64,000 nucleotides of DNA from the NCBI GenBank assembly GCA_902626605.1, contig CACOFZ010000002.1, positions 21,932-85,931 on the forward strand, read 5' to 3'. Position numbers and translations under genes: made by a program. Each line of letters begins with the position of its first letter. Position 1 is the first letter of the stretch. The stretch comes from an uncultured PS1 clade bacterium (GTDB taxonomy: Bacteria > Pseudomonadota > Alphaproteobacteria > MED-G09). The notes under the pieces were generated by a model, which saw only the letters and a list, made by a program, of their open reading frames with translations, had not been told where the DNA came from and ran no database searches. Positions 1 through 10,890 of the stretch are shown in pieces.

Positions 1-137
1 TTAAGTGTTTCTTTAGTCTCCTGAATAATATCATTACGCCAAGCAAGCAATTTACGTCTAAAAAATTCTTTTTGTTTAGCATTCATAAAAGGTTCTTTTT
101 CAGAAGGTGTATATCCCTTTGGTAAACGAGTAACCAT
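1..137 (-). CDS. dksA: RNA polymerase-binding transcription factor DksA, N-terminal part (C-terminus lies beyond the left window edge)
   Basis: Reverse-strand translation from ATG at 137: MVTRLPKGYTPSEKEPFMNAKQKEFFRRKLLAWRNDIIQETKETL, which matches the conserved DksA N-terminal coiled-coil signature. The ORF runs off the window. Confidence 0.6.
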   Translation of the reverse strand, partial: MVTRLPKGYTPSEKEPFMNAKQKEFFRRKLLAWRNDIIQETKETL

Positions 138-281
138 TCAAATCCTCATTATTAAGAAGTTGGTTTTTAAAGCATATATATTAAAATCTCAAGTAAGATT
201 CGTAATAATCATAGTTGATATTAAATATTTTGATGATTAGATTATCTTTCTTATTTATTATAAAATTACTAGAGGTGAAAA

Positions 282-1127
282 ATGAAGTTCGAAGGAACAA
301 AAGATTATATAGCAACAGAAGATCTTCGTATCGCTGTAAATGCTGCTGTAACACTTGAAAGGCCATTATTAATAAAAGGTGAACCAGGAACAGGTAAAAC
401 TGTTTTAGCGGAGGAAGTTTCTAAAGCCTTAAAAATGCCTTTGATAACATGGCATATAAAATCAACAACAAAAGCTCAGCAAGGTCTCTATGAGTATGAC
501 GCCATAACAAGACTTAGAGACTCTCAGCTTGGGGATGAAAAAGTTAAAGATATAAAAAATTACATTAAACAAGGAAAATTATGGGAAGCATTTGAATCTG
601 ATGAAAGACCAATTTTATTAATTGACGAAATTGATAAAGCCGATATTGAATTTCCAAATGATTTACTGCAAGAGTTAGATAGAATGGAATTCTTTGTTTA
701 TGAAACAAATGAAACAATTAAAGCCGCAAAAAGACCAGTTGTAATTATAACCTCTAATAATGAGAAAGAATTACCAGACGCATTTTTAAGAAGATGCTTT
801 TTTCATTATATTTCTTTTCCCGACTCAGAAACAATGGAAAAAATTGTAGACGTTCATTATCCTAAAATTAAATCAAAATTAGTTTCCGAGTCTCTTAAAG
901 TTTTTTACGAATTAAGAGATGTTCCCGGAATAAAGAAAAAACCATCAACATCAGAACTTTTGGATTGGCTTAAATTACTTATGAACGAAGATATTAAACC
1001 AGAAATGCTTAGAGAAAAAAATGCTAGCAATCTTATACCTCCATTACATGGAGCCTTATTGAAAAATGAACAAGATGTTCATCTTTTTGAAAGATTAGCT
1101 TTCTTGGCTAGAAGAGAGAACGGATAG
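282..1127 (+). CDS. MoxR-family AAA+ ATPase (CoxD/CbbQ/NorQ-like)
   Basis: Walker A GEPGTGKT and Walker B LLIDEIDKA are present. Size about 280 aa. An immediately downstream VWA partner is the classic MoxR-VWA pairing. Confidence 0.8.
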   Translation: MKFEGTKDYIATEDLRIAVNAAVTLERPLLIKGEPGTGKTVLAEEVSKALKMPLITWHIKSTTKAQQGLYEYDAITRLRDSQLGDEKVKDIKNYIKQGKLWEAFESDERPILLIDEIDKADIEFPNDLLQELDRMEFFVYETNETIKAAKRPVVIITSNNEKELPDAFLRRCFFHYISFPDSETMEKIVDVHYPKIKSKLVSESLKVFYELRDVPGIKKKPSTSELLDWLKLLMNEDIKPEMLREKNASNLIPPLHGALLKNEQDVHLFERLAFLARRENG

Positions 1128-1136
1128 TAATTTTCA

Positions 1137-2318
1137 ATGTTTGTTAATTTTTTTCATGAATTAAAAAATGCCAATCTTCCTGTCTCTTTAAGAGAATATT
1201 TAACTCTTTTAGAGGCTATGGATAAGGATATACCTAATAGAAAAGTTGAAGAATTCTATTATTTATCAAGATCAACACTCATTAAAGACGAAAAAAATCT
1301 TGATAAATTTGATCAAGTTTTTGGTCATGTTTTTAAGGGCTTAGAAACATTAGAATCTGACGAGATTGCTGAAATTCCTGAAGAGTGGCTAAAAACATTA
1401 AATGAAAAATTCCTTACAGAAGAAGAGAAACAAAAAATTGAGTCTATGGGTGGCTGGGATAAATTAATGGAAGAGTTAAAAAAAAGACTTGAAGAGCAAG
1501 AGAAAAGACATGAAGGAGGTTCAAAATGGATTGGAACCGGAGGTACATCACCATATGGATCCGATGGTTATAATCCTGAAGGAGTCAGAATAGGACAAAA
1601 AGAAAATAAGAATTATAAAGCCGTTAAAGTTTGGGATAAAAGAGAATTTAAAAATTTAGATAAAGATGTTGAGATTGGTACAAGAAATATAAAAGTCGCA
1701 CTTAGAAGATTGAGGAAATTTGCTAGAGACGGTGCTGCAGACACCCTTGATCTTCCTGGAACAATTAAAAATACCGCAGATAAAGGATATTTAGATATAT
1801 CGCTTGTACCTGAAAGAAGAAATAAAGTTAAAGTATTGCTATTTTTTGATATCGGTGGGTCAATGGATATGCATGTTAAGCTTTGTGAAGAGCTTTTTTC
1901 TGCTGCTAAAACTGAGTTTAAAAATATGGAAAGTTTCTATTTTCATAATTGCCTATATGAAAGTGTTTGGAAAGATAATAGAAGAAGGCATACCGAAAAA
2001 ATTGATACATGGGATATCTTACATAAATATTCATCAGATTATAAAGTAATATTTGTAGGAGATGCGTCAATGAGTCCATATGAAATTACTTACCCAGGTG
2101 GTAGTGTTGAACATTGGAACGAAGAAGCTGGTGCAGAATGGTTGCAAAGGATTACTGATATTTATCAAAACGTAATATGGATAAATCCAGTAGATACAAA
2201 GCATTGGGAATTTACTCCTTCAACCCAAATTATAAGTCAGATTATTTCTGATAGAATGTACCCATTAACCCTTGATGGTTTAGATAAAGGCATGAAAGAA
2301 TTAAGTCGAAACAAATGA
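1137..2318 (+). CDS. VWA domain protein, CoxE-like partner of the MoxR ATPase
   Basis: 9 nt downstream of the ATPase. The C-terminal half carries a VWA-like motif LLFFDIGGSMDMH (MIDAS-like DxGGS variant). Typical size for CoxE/VWA partners. Confidence 0.65.
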   Translation: MFVNFFHELKNANLPVSLREYLTLLEAMDKDIPNRKVEEFYYLSRSTLIKDEKNLDKFDQVFGHVFKGLETLESDEIAEIPEEWLKTLNEKFLTEEEKQKIESMGGWDKLMEELKKRLEEQEKRHEGGSKWIGTGGTSPYGSDGYNPEGVRIGQKENKNYKAVKVWDKREFKNLDKDVEIGTRNIKVALRRLRKFARDGAADTLDLPGTIKNTADKGYLDISLVPERRNKVKVLLFFDIGGSMDMHVKLCEELFSAAKTEFKNMESFYFHNCLYESVWKDNRRRHTEKIDTWDILHKYSSDYKVIFVGDASMSPYEITYPGGSVEHWNEEAGAEWLQRITDIYQNVIWINPVDTKHWEFTPSTQIISQIISDRMYPLTLDGLDKGMKELSRNK

Positions 2319-2325
2319 GGAAAAA

Positions 2326-2583
2326 ATGAAAAAAACCATAATATTAACATTTATAATTCTCCTTTCTTCCTGTGTTTCTCAACAAGCATTAGAAGAAAGA
2401 GCTGCGTTAAGAGATAAAATTGATCACGAAGAGTGTATAAAATTATCATTTATTGAAGGTACCGAGGCTTATGGTACATGCAGATTGACTTTAAAATCAA
2501 TTAGAGCTCAGGATAAAAATACTGACGCAATAAGAAGAAATGGTTTAGATAACCGTTTCTGCAACAGATATTACTGCTGGTAA
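2326..2583 (+). CDS. small cysteine-rich lipoprotein (hypothetical)
   Basis: Signal peptide MKKTIILTFIILLSSC with lipobox LSSC. The mature peptide carries 5 further Cys. It sits 7 nt after the VWA gene and 6 nt before the FNR gene. Confidence 0.5.
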   Translation: MKKTIILTFIILLSSCVSQQALEERAALRDKIDHEECIKLSFIEGTEAYGTCRLTLKSIRAQDKNTDAIRRNGLDNRFCNRYYCW

Positions 2584-3942
<1,359 letters not shown>

Positions 3943-4054
3943 TTATTTACTTTCTTAAATAACAAAAATAATAAGCCATGTTTATAAATGTTCTTAAAAT
4001 ATATTCAAATCAAAATTTTAAAAAAATTATGAATATTAAATAATTTTTAAAATC

Positions 4055-5332
4055 ATGATACAAAGCTCCATGAGTAAAACGACTGACAAGCCGTTAAGAA
4101 TATTAATGCCTAGTTACAGAAGCCATCCTTTTACAGGAGGCCAAGGTATTTATATGCGTTTAGTTACAAAGGCTATGGTAGAATTGGGTCATTCTGTAGA
4201 AGTAATATCGGGTCAACCATATCCTTTACTTGATGAAGGCGTCAAACTGACTAAATTACCATCACTAGATTTGTACTCTTATGATAACCCTCTAAAAGCT
4301 TTTAAATTTAAACTCCTTAAAGAACCAATAGATCTTTATGAATGGTTGAGTCATCTAAGTGGAGGCTTTTCTGAGCCTTATACTTTTGGCGAAAGAATGG
4401 CGGTTTGGGCTAAGAAAAATTATAATAGATTTGATGTGGTCCACGATAATCAGACTTTAGCTTATGGATTGATCAAATTAAGGGATATGGGAGTTCCTGT
4501 TGTGGGGACAATTCATCATCCAATTACAATGGATAAAAGAATTGACATTAAACATGCTGAATCTTTATTTCTAAAGCTCTTAAAATGGAGATGGTATAGC
4601 TTCCTAAAAATGCAAATAAAAGTCGCCAGAAAGCTAGATCCTATAATTGTAGTATCTGAAAATACCAGAAAAGATGTAGTTAAAGATTTTAAAATAGATC
4701 CAAAAAAAACAAGAAAAGTTTTACATGGAATAGATCATAAAACTTTTGAACCAATTCCATCAATTAAAAGAAAAGAAAATCAATTGATCACTACTGCAAG
4801 TGCTGATGTCCCTCTTAAAGGTTTAATTTATCTGATTAGGGCATATTCAGATCTTTTGAATGAATTCCCTGAACTTTCTCTAATTGTTATAGGAAAATTA
4901 AGAGATGGACCTACTAGCAAAGAATTGGACAAAAAGGGTATAAAAAATAAAGTAAAATTTATCTCTGACTTAACAAGCAGACAAATTTCAGAGTTATATG
5001 CCGAATCAACTATTGCTATCTCACCTTCTGTATATGAAGGTTTTGGATTTCCTGCAGGTGAGGCAATGTCTTGCGGAATTCCATTAATTTCAACAAATGG
5101 AGGATCTCTTCCTGAGGTTGTTGGTGACTCAGGTATAATTGTTCCTCACTCAAACCCAAATGAGCTTAGAAAAGCTATTAAAGAACTATTATTATCGCCT
5201 GAAAAAAGACAGGAGTTTGGCGAGAAAGGTAGAAATAGAGTTTTAGAAAAATTTACATGGAAAAGAGCTGCTAGAGAACTAGTTGATGTTTATAGAGAGG
5301 CAATCTCAAATGCTGACAATAGATCTAGATAA
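4055..5332 (+). CDS. glycosyltransferase family 4 (GT-B, group 1)
   Basis: C-terminal GT1 signature EGFGFPAGEAMSCGIPLISTNGGSLPEVV. 425 aa. Confidence 0.8.
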   Translation: MIQSSMSKTTDKPLRILMPSYRSHPFTGGQGIYMRLVTKAMVELGHSVEVISGQPYPLLDEGVKLTKLPSLDLYSYDNPLKAFKFKLLKEPIDLYEWLSHLSGGFSEPYTFGERMAVWAKKNYNRFDVVHDNQTLAYGLIKLRDMGVPVVGTIHHPITMDKRIDIKHAESLFLKLLKWRWYSFLKMQIKVARKLDPIIVVSENTRKDVVKDFKIDPKKTRKVLHGIDHKTFEPIPSIKRKENQLITTASADVPLKGLIYLIRAYSDLLNEFPELSLIVIGKLRDGPTSKELDKKGIKNKVKFISDLTSRQISELYAESTIAISPSVYEGFGFPAGEAMSCGIPLISTNGGSLPEVVGDSGIIVPHSNPNELRKAIKELLLSPEKRQEFGEKGRNRVLEKFTWKRAARELVDVYREAISNADNRSR

Positions 5333-6026
5333 AATAGAAATAAAAGATGGTCATACAATTTTAGACTTAGGATGTGGTAAAGGAAGGCATATTCATAAGC
5401 TTTACTATTATAAAAAATGCCACGTTATTGGACTCGACCTATCATTTGATGATTTAAAAGTTACTTACCAAGGTTTTGAGACCTATCCGGACATAACTAA
5501 CGATCCTAATAGACATTTTAATTTAATGGCTGGAAATGCTCTCTCTCTTCCATTTAAAGATGAAACTTTTGATCAAATAATATGCTCAGAAGTTCTTGAA
5601 CATATTCCTGATTACAAAAAAGTAATAAGTGAAATTTATAGAGTTGCAAAAAAAAGATCATATATTGGTATATCAGTTCCAAATCGTTTTCCTGAAAAAA
5701 TTTGTTGGTATCTATCCGATGAATACCATAATGAGCCTGGGGGTCATATTCATATATTTGAAAATAAAAAACTCATTAATAGTTTCAAAGAAAAAAATTT
5801 CCACTATTTATCAAAATCTTTTAAACATGGACTTCATTCACCATATTGGTGGTTAAAATGTTATGTAGGGGTTAAAAATGAGAGAAATTTTCTAGTAAAT
5901 TTATATAAAAAATTTCTTGAATGGGATATTTTAAGTAGACCTAAAGTAACGAGAATTATAGAAAAATTACTTAATCCAATTATTGGAAAATCAGTAGTTC
6001 TCTATTTCAAAAAAGAAATAAAATGA
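5283..6026 (+). CDS. class I SAM-dependent methyltransferase
   Basis: Motif I ILDLGCGKGRH and an acidic motif-II region. It overlaps the GT4 3' end. An alternative in-frame start at 5310 (MLTIDL...) is equally plausible. Confidence 0.7.
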   Translation: MMFIERQSQMLTIDLDKIEIKDGHTILDLGCGKGRHIHKLYYYKKCHVIGLDLSFDDLKVTYQGFETYPDITNDPNRHFNLMAGNALSLPFKDETFDQIICSEVLEHIPDYKKVISEIYRVAKKRSYIGISVPNRFPEKICWYLSDEYHNEPGGHIHIFENKKLINSFKEKNFHYLSKSFKHGLHSPYWWLKCYVGVKNERNFLVNLYKKFLEWDILSRPKVTRIIEKLLNPIIGKSVVLYFKKEIK

Positions 6027-7090
6027 ATAAGAAAATATCAATTAAAGATCATAAAACATTCTTTAAAGGCTCAACGGATAGAATAATTGAACTTCAAAAA
6101 GACGATGGATCAATTACATGGTTTAATGAAGGTGTTTTTGATGCATGGAATCATCTTGAGTCAGTTATGGCTTTAAATGTTCTTGATTTTAAAAAAGAAA
6201 AAAATTTAGGATTTGAGTTCTTAATAAATTCTCAGCTTGAGGATGGGTCATGGTATGGACAGCTTGGAAGCACAGTTGAATTTGACGAAGTTACTGGCTT
6301 ATTCAACGGAAAAGAGAGTGATGCTGGAGGTTTCACAAGAGATACAAACTTTTCAGCATACATAGCGACCGCTTCCTGGCATGACTATTTAATTAATAAA
6401 TCAAAAAAGGATCTCTTTAAACTATGGCCTACAATTTTTAAAGCAATTGGTTTTGTTATAAAAAATCAATCTTTAAATGGTGAAATAAGGTGGGCTGCTA
6501 AAGATAAAAATGCTCCAAATGATGATGCGCTTGTTACAGGTTGTTGCTCAATATATAAAAGTCTCATTAGCGCAATAAATTGTGCAAACGTATTAGGAAT
6601 AAATGTTGATGTATGGAAAAAATCTCTTAAAAAATTAGGTAACGCTATTAAAAATAATCCAGAATTATTTGATAGAACTTGGGACTCTAAACAACGATTC
6701 TCTATGGATTGGTACTATCCTATTCTTTGTGGTGTAATATCAAAAAAAGAAGCTAAAAAAAAGTTATTTAGTAAATGGGATAAATTTGTTGTTGATGGAA
6801 TTGGCTGTAAATGTGTAAAAGATCAACCATGGGTAACAATTGCTGAAACTGCTGAGCTAGCAATAACGTTAAAAAAAATTGGTGAGACCAAACTAGCGGA
6901 GGAAATGCTTTCACATACAAATCAATGGAAAGACGAGAATGGAGCTTATTGGATGGGTAGACAATATGAGCAAGAAGTTTTTTGGCCAAAAGAGAGACCA
7001 CCCTGGACATCTGCAGCAGTAATTTTAGCTTATGATACAATTTATGGCTTAAGTGAAGGATCGTCATTATTTTTAAATGACTCCTTATAA
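6023..7090 (+). CDS. alpha/alpha-toroid protein with prenyltransferase/squalene-oxidase-like repeats (function unknown)
   Basis: Recurrent Q/L-x-x-DGSW-type motifs (QLEDGSWYG, DDGSITW) are typical of terpenoid cyclase / protein prenyltransferase repeats. ATGA overlap with the upstream MT gives translational coupling. Confidence 0.45.
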   Translation: MNKKISIKDHKTFFKGSTDRIIELQKDDGSITWFNEGVFDAWNHLESVMALNVLDFKKEKNLGFEFLINSQLEDGSWYGQLGSTVEFDEVTGLFNGKESDAGGFTRDTNFSAYIATASWHDYLINKSKKDLFKLWPTIFKAIGFVIKNQSLNGEIRWAAKDKNAPNDDALVTGCCSIYKSLISAINCANVLGINVDVWKKSLKKLGNAIKNNPELFDRTWDSKQRFSMDWYYPILCGVISKKEAKKKLFSKWDKFVVDGIGCKCVKDQPWVTIAETAELAITLKKIGETKLAEEMLSHTNQWKDENGAYWMGRQYEQEVFWPKERPPWTSAAVILAYDTIYGLSEGSSLFLNDSL

Positions 7091-7699
7091 AATTTTTTTC
7101 AGTATTTTGAGAGACTTTACAGTCTCGTAGTCTTTAAACTTGCCAGAATTTAATGCAGATAGATAAACTTCATAAGGTGGCCTTCCACCATCTTCAGGGT
7201 TAGGAAAGACATCATGAATAGCTAAAAATCCATCTTTCATAATTTTTTCGTTCCAATTATTATAGTCATTAAAGGCTGCTTCCTTGCTATGTCCTCCATC
7301 AATAAAAACCATAGAAAGATTAATTGTCCAGAACTTAGCTACTAGAACAGAATCAGAAACAATGGGTATAATAAAATTTTCTAAGTTAAAATTTCTAATA
7401 TTTTTTCTAAATTCTGGAAAAGTATTAATTCTCCCAGTTTGGGAATCAAATAATTCTTTATCATGATACTCCCAACCAACTTGATTTTCCTCAGATCCAG
7501 TATGATGATCAATTGCAAAAAGAAGTGAATTATTTTTTTCGCAAGCCTTTCCAATATAAATTGATGATTTTCCGCAATATGAACCTATTTCAACAATTGG
7601 GCCTCTCTTTGATGCCTCTAAAGCAACACTGTAAAGAAACTCCCCCTCTTCAGGATCCATAAAACCTTTAATTGAATTTAAACTATTAAATTGTTTCAC
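7085..7699 (-). CDS. class I SAM-dependent (O-)methyltransferase, TylF/MycF-like
   Basis: Motif I VEIGSYCGKS. Acidic motif LFAIDHH and FIDGGHS. 204 aa. It overlaps the upstream symporter gene by 14 nt on the same strand. Confidence 0.65.
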   Translation of the reverse strand: MKQFNSLNSIKGFMDPEEGEFLYSVALEASKRGPIVEIGSYCGKSSIYIGKACEKNNSLLFAIDHHTGSEENQVGWEYHDKELFDSQTGRINTFPEFRKNIRNFNLENFIIPIVSDSVLVAKFWTINLSMVFIDGGHSKEAAFNDYNNWNEKIMKDGFLAIHDVFPNPEDGGRPPYEVYLSALNSGKFKDYETVKSLKILKKIL

Positions 7700-9188
7700 T
7701 GTTTTTCAATTTGGAGAAATAATTAGAAGACTCTTTTTTAACAATACTGGCTAAAATATAAACACCTATTAAATTTGGAATTGCCATTAAAAAGAGAGCT
7801 GCATCAGATAGATCTATTACCTTAACTAAATCAAGAGAAGATCCAATAATGGCAAAAAAACAAAAAATAATCTTATAACAAGTTTCGATATTTTTAGACT
7901 CTCCAAAGATAAAAGTGACAGCCTTCACTCCATAATATGACCATGAAATCATAGTGGAGAATGCGAAAAGAGTTGCAACTAGTGCAAGTAAATAAGGAAA
8001 TGTTGGTAAGACAGTTCCAAAAGCTTGAGAGGTCATTCTTGCACCTTCGATTTCTTGGCCAGTTGTATAAACACCTGATGTAATAATTACTAATGCCGTT
8101 AAAGTACAAATAATAACAGTATCTACAAAAGGTTCTAAAAGAGAGACTAGACCCTCAGTTGTGGCATCATCTGTTTTGACTGCAGAATGCGCAATAGGTG
8201 CAGATCCAATACCCGCCTCATTAGAAAAAACAGCTCTTCTAAAACCAAGAATTAAGACACCAATAAAACCACCAGTTACGCCTTCTGGGGAAAATGCACC
8301 AATAAAAATTGATGAAATTGCTGAGGGTATTTGATCATAATTAGAGAAAATAATAATCAAAGCAGAAATTAAATAAATAACAGCCATTGACGGCACTAAT
8401 TTTGAAGTGACAGAACCAATTCTTTTTATTCCACCAATAATTACTAAACCTACAAGAAGAGCGATGATTAATCCATAAAACCAAGAATGAAGGTCTAAGA
8501 AACTTCCGCTTCCACCTGTAACATATATTAATAGGTCTAAAGATTGATTAACCTGAAACATATTGCCACCACCCAATGACGCAAAAATACAAAAAATTGC
8601 AAACATGTAGGCAAGGATATTTCCTAGTAAAGCCAAACCCCTCTCCTCAAGACCTTTAGATAAATAATACATGGGTCCCCCAGAAACAGTTCCATCTGGA
8701 TTAATATTTCTGTATCTAACACCCAGAGTACACTCACAAAATTTCAATGACATACCAATTAAACCAGACAGTATCATCCAAAAAGTTGCGCCTGGTCCAC
8801 CAAGGGAAATAGCTACAGCCACTCCTCCAATATTTCCTAAACCAACAGTTCCTGATAAAGCAGTTGCTAGTGCTCGAAAGTGAGACACCTCTCCCTTAGA
8901 TTCTTTATTTGAAAATTTTCCTGAAACTAATTCCAAAGCATGCTTAAAGCCTCTGAAGTTAATAAATTTGAAATAAAAAGTCGAAAATAAACCTCCGGCT
9001 ATAAGCCAAATAACTATCAATTCAACATTTGCATTTCCTAATGGTAGCGAATAAAAAACAATCCCTGAGATAAATGAAGCAATAGGAGTTAAAAAATCAT
9101 TAATATTTTGATCAATACTTGCATGCAAATCATTTGAATAAAAAATTGAAAATAGAATTATAAAAATTTTTAAACAAAAGAATTTCAT
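7686..9188 (-). CDS. alanine/glycine:cation (sodium) symporter, AGCS family
   Basis: AGCS signature GGPGATFWM...SLKFCECTLGV...YR. About 500 aa polytopic membrane protein. Confidence 0.85.
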   Translation of the reverse strand: MKFFCLKIFIILFSIFYSNDLHASIDQNINDFLTPIASFISGIVFYSLPLGNANVELIVIWLIAGGLFSTFYFKFINFRGFKHALELVSGKFSNKESKGEVSHFRALATALSGTVGLGNIGGVAVAISLGGPGATFWMILSGLIGMSLKFCECTLGVRYRNINPDGTVSGGPMYYLSKGLEERGLALLGNILAYMFAIFCIFASLGGGNMFQVNQSLDLLIYVTGGSGSFLDLHSWFYGLIIALLVGLVIIGGIKRIGSVTSKLVPSMAVIYLISALIIIFSNYDQIPSAISSIFIGAFSPEGVTGGFIGVLILGFRRAVFSNEAGIGSAPIAHSAVKTDDATTEGLVSLLEPFVDTVIICTLTALVIITSGVYTTGQEIEGARMTSQAFGTVLPTFPYLLALVATLFAFSTMISWSYYGVKAVTFIFGESKNIETCYKIIFCFFAIIGSSLDLVKVIDLSDAALFLMAIPNLIGVYILASIVKKESSNYFSKLKNSETI

Positions 9189-9281
9189 TTTTTTTTTGAT
9201 CCAAGCTTGAATATAGAAAATATAAGATTAGTTTAATCATTATAATGAGTCTGTAAATCCACAAATTATTGATGAAATATT

Positions 9282-10028
9282 ATGAAACCACTCAAAATAA
9301 AAAATCTTAAAAAAAAATTTAAAGATACATTAGCTATTAATGGTGTCAATCTTGAGATAGAGGAAGGTAAAATTACAGGTATTATTGGACGATCCGGCTC
9401 AGGTAAGTCCACTCTTCTTAGAATGATCAATAGATTAATTGAACCAAGTGAGGGAACAATTGAGTTTAATGACATAATTATCACAGAAATTAAAGGTAAA
9501 GCCCTTAGAAAATGGCGCTCAGAATGTGCAATGATTTTTCAACAGTTCAATCTGGTTGATCGATTAGATGTATTAACAAATGTACTTATTGGAAGCCTAG
9601 GTAGAAGTTATAGTTTTTTAAATTTATTTGGATATTTTTCAAAAGAAGAAAAAATTAATGCTTTAAGAAACTTGAATAGATTTGAATTAACTGAAAAATC
9701 CCTTCAAAGAGCTGGAACATTATCTGGTGGACAACAGCAAAGAGTTGCGATTGCAAGGGCGTTAATGCAAAAACCAAAGATCTTGCTTGCTGATGAACCA
9801 ATTTCATCATTAGACCCAAAAAACTCCAAAAGAGTTATGGATGATATGCTCAAAATTAATCGAGAAGATGGAATAACAATTATTTGTAATCTTCATTCCT
9901 TAGAAATAGCAAAAAAATATTGCGATCGCCTTATTGGTTTATCTGAAGGAAAGGTTGTTTTTGATGGAAAACCAAAAGAGTTAACAACAAATATTTCAAA
10001 GAAGCTTTATGATTTAGATGATGAATGA
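9282..10028 (+). CDS. phnC: phosphonate ABC transporter ATP-binding protein
   Basis: Walker A GRSGSGKST, signature LSGGQQQRVAIARAL, Walker B ILLADEP. PhnC-like length and is followed by two PhnE-type permeases. Confidence 0.85.
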   Translation: MKPLKIKNLKKKFKDTLAINGVNLEIEEGKITGIIGRSGSGKSTLLRMINRLIEPSEGTIEFNDIIITEIKGKALRKWRSECAMIFQQFNLVDRLDVLTNVLIGSLGRSYSFLNLFGYFSKEEKINALRNLNRFELTEKSLQRAGTLSGGQQQRVAIARALMQKPKILLADEPISSLDPKNSKRVMDDMLKINREDGITIICNLHSLEIAKKYCDRLIGLSEGKVVFDGKPKELTTNISKKLYDLDDE

Positions 10029-10890
10029 AATTATTTTAAACAGTCACAATAAAAATTTAATCAAGAAAAAACGTTTTTGGAATACATCTCTTATTGTTTT
10101 ATTATTAATTGGAATAGTTCTATCCTCTAAAATAATAGATACTAATATTTCAGATCTATTTAATGGAATTACAAGATTAGGTGATTACATTTCAAAGATT
10201 CTCCCATCACTAGAGTTAAATAATCTTTTTCTTGGCTCAAAAGATCAGGGGTCTATTGCATATTGGTACTTTAACATATCTAAATACTTAAAATTGCTTT
10301 TTGAGACTTTTAATATGGCACTTCTTGCAACTATGACTGGTTCTATACTGGCGCTTTTTTTAAGTTTTTTAGCAGCAAAAAATACATCACCCAATTCTCT
10401 GCTCTTTTTTTCGATAAGAAGAATGCTTGAATTTTTTAGAGGAGTTCCTGAAATAATTTTTGCAATTCTTTTTGTTTGGGTATTAGGAATTGGACCACTT
10501 GCAGGGATTATAGCAATTACAATTCATACAACTGGATCATTAGGTAAATTATTTTCTGAAGTTTATGAAAACTCCAATAATAGACCAATAGAGGCCCTTA
10601 AGGCATCTGGAGGAAACTGGTTATCAGAAATGAAATTTGGATTATTGCCACAAGTTCTTCCAAATTTAATTTCATATGCTTTACTAAGATTTGAGATCAA
10701 CATAAGAGCCTCAACAATTTTAGGCTTTGTTGGTGCAGGTGGAATAGGCCAAGAGTTATATTTGGTAATTAATTTTAATTATTATGAAGAAGTTAGTGCA
10801 ATTATTTTATTGATAATTTTGACCGTTATTTCGATTGATTTATTATCAGGACATATAAGAAAAAATATTATTGGATTTGATAATGACTAA
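10018..10890 (+). CDS. phnE: phosphonate ABC transporter permease
   Basis: PhnE-type permease with EAA-like loop (IEALKASGGNWLSEMKFGLLPQVLP). Overlaps phnC by 11 nt. Confidence 0.8.
   Translation: MMNEIILNSHNKNLIKKKRFWNTSLIVLLLIGIVLSSKIIDTNISDLFNGITRLGDYISKILPSLELNNLFLGSKDQGSIAYWYFNISKYLKLLFETFNMALLATMTGSILALFLSFLAAKNTSPNSLLFFSIRRMLEFFRGVPEIIFAILFVWVLGIGPLAGIIAITIHTTGSLGKLFSEVYENSNNRPIEALKASGGNWLSEMKFGLLPQVLPNLISYALLRFEINIRASTILGFVGAGGIGQELYLVINFNYYEEVSAIILLIILTVISIDLLSGHIRKNIIGFDND

Noticed and set aside
181-366. 61-aa minus-strand ORF in the dksA / MoxR intergenic region and 5' end of the MoxR gene
   Set aside because: It overlaps the well-supported MoxR ATPase start and is low-complexity and AT-driven. 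It is most likely a spurious antisense ORF.
9189-9281. Pho-box-like CTGTAAAT motif upstream of phnC
   Set aside because: Only one half-site-like match (CTGTAAAT…) was seen. There is no second direct repeat at 11-nt spacing, so it is insufficient to call a Pho box.
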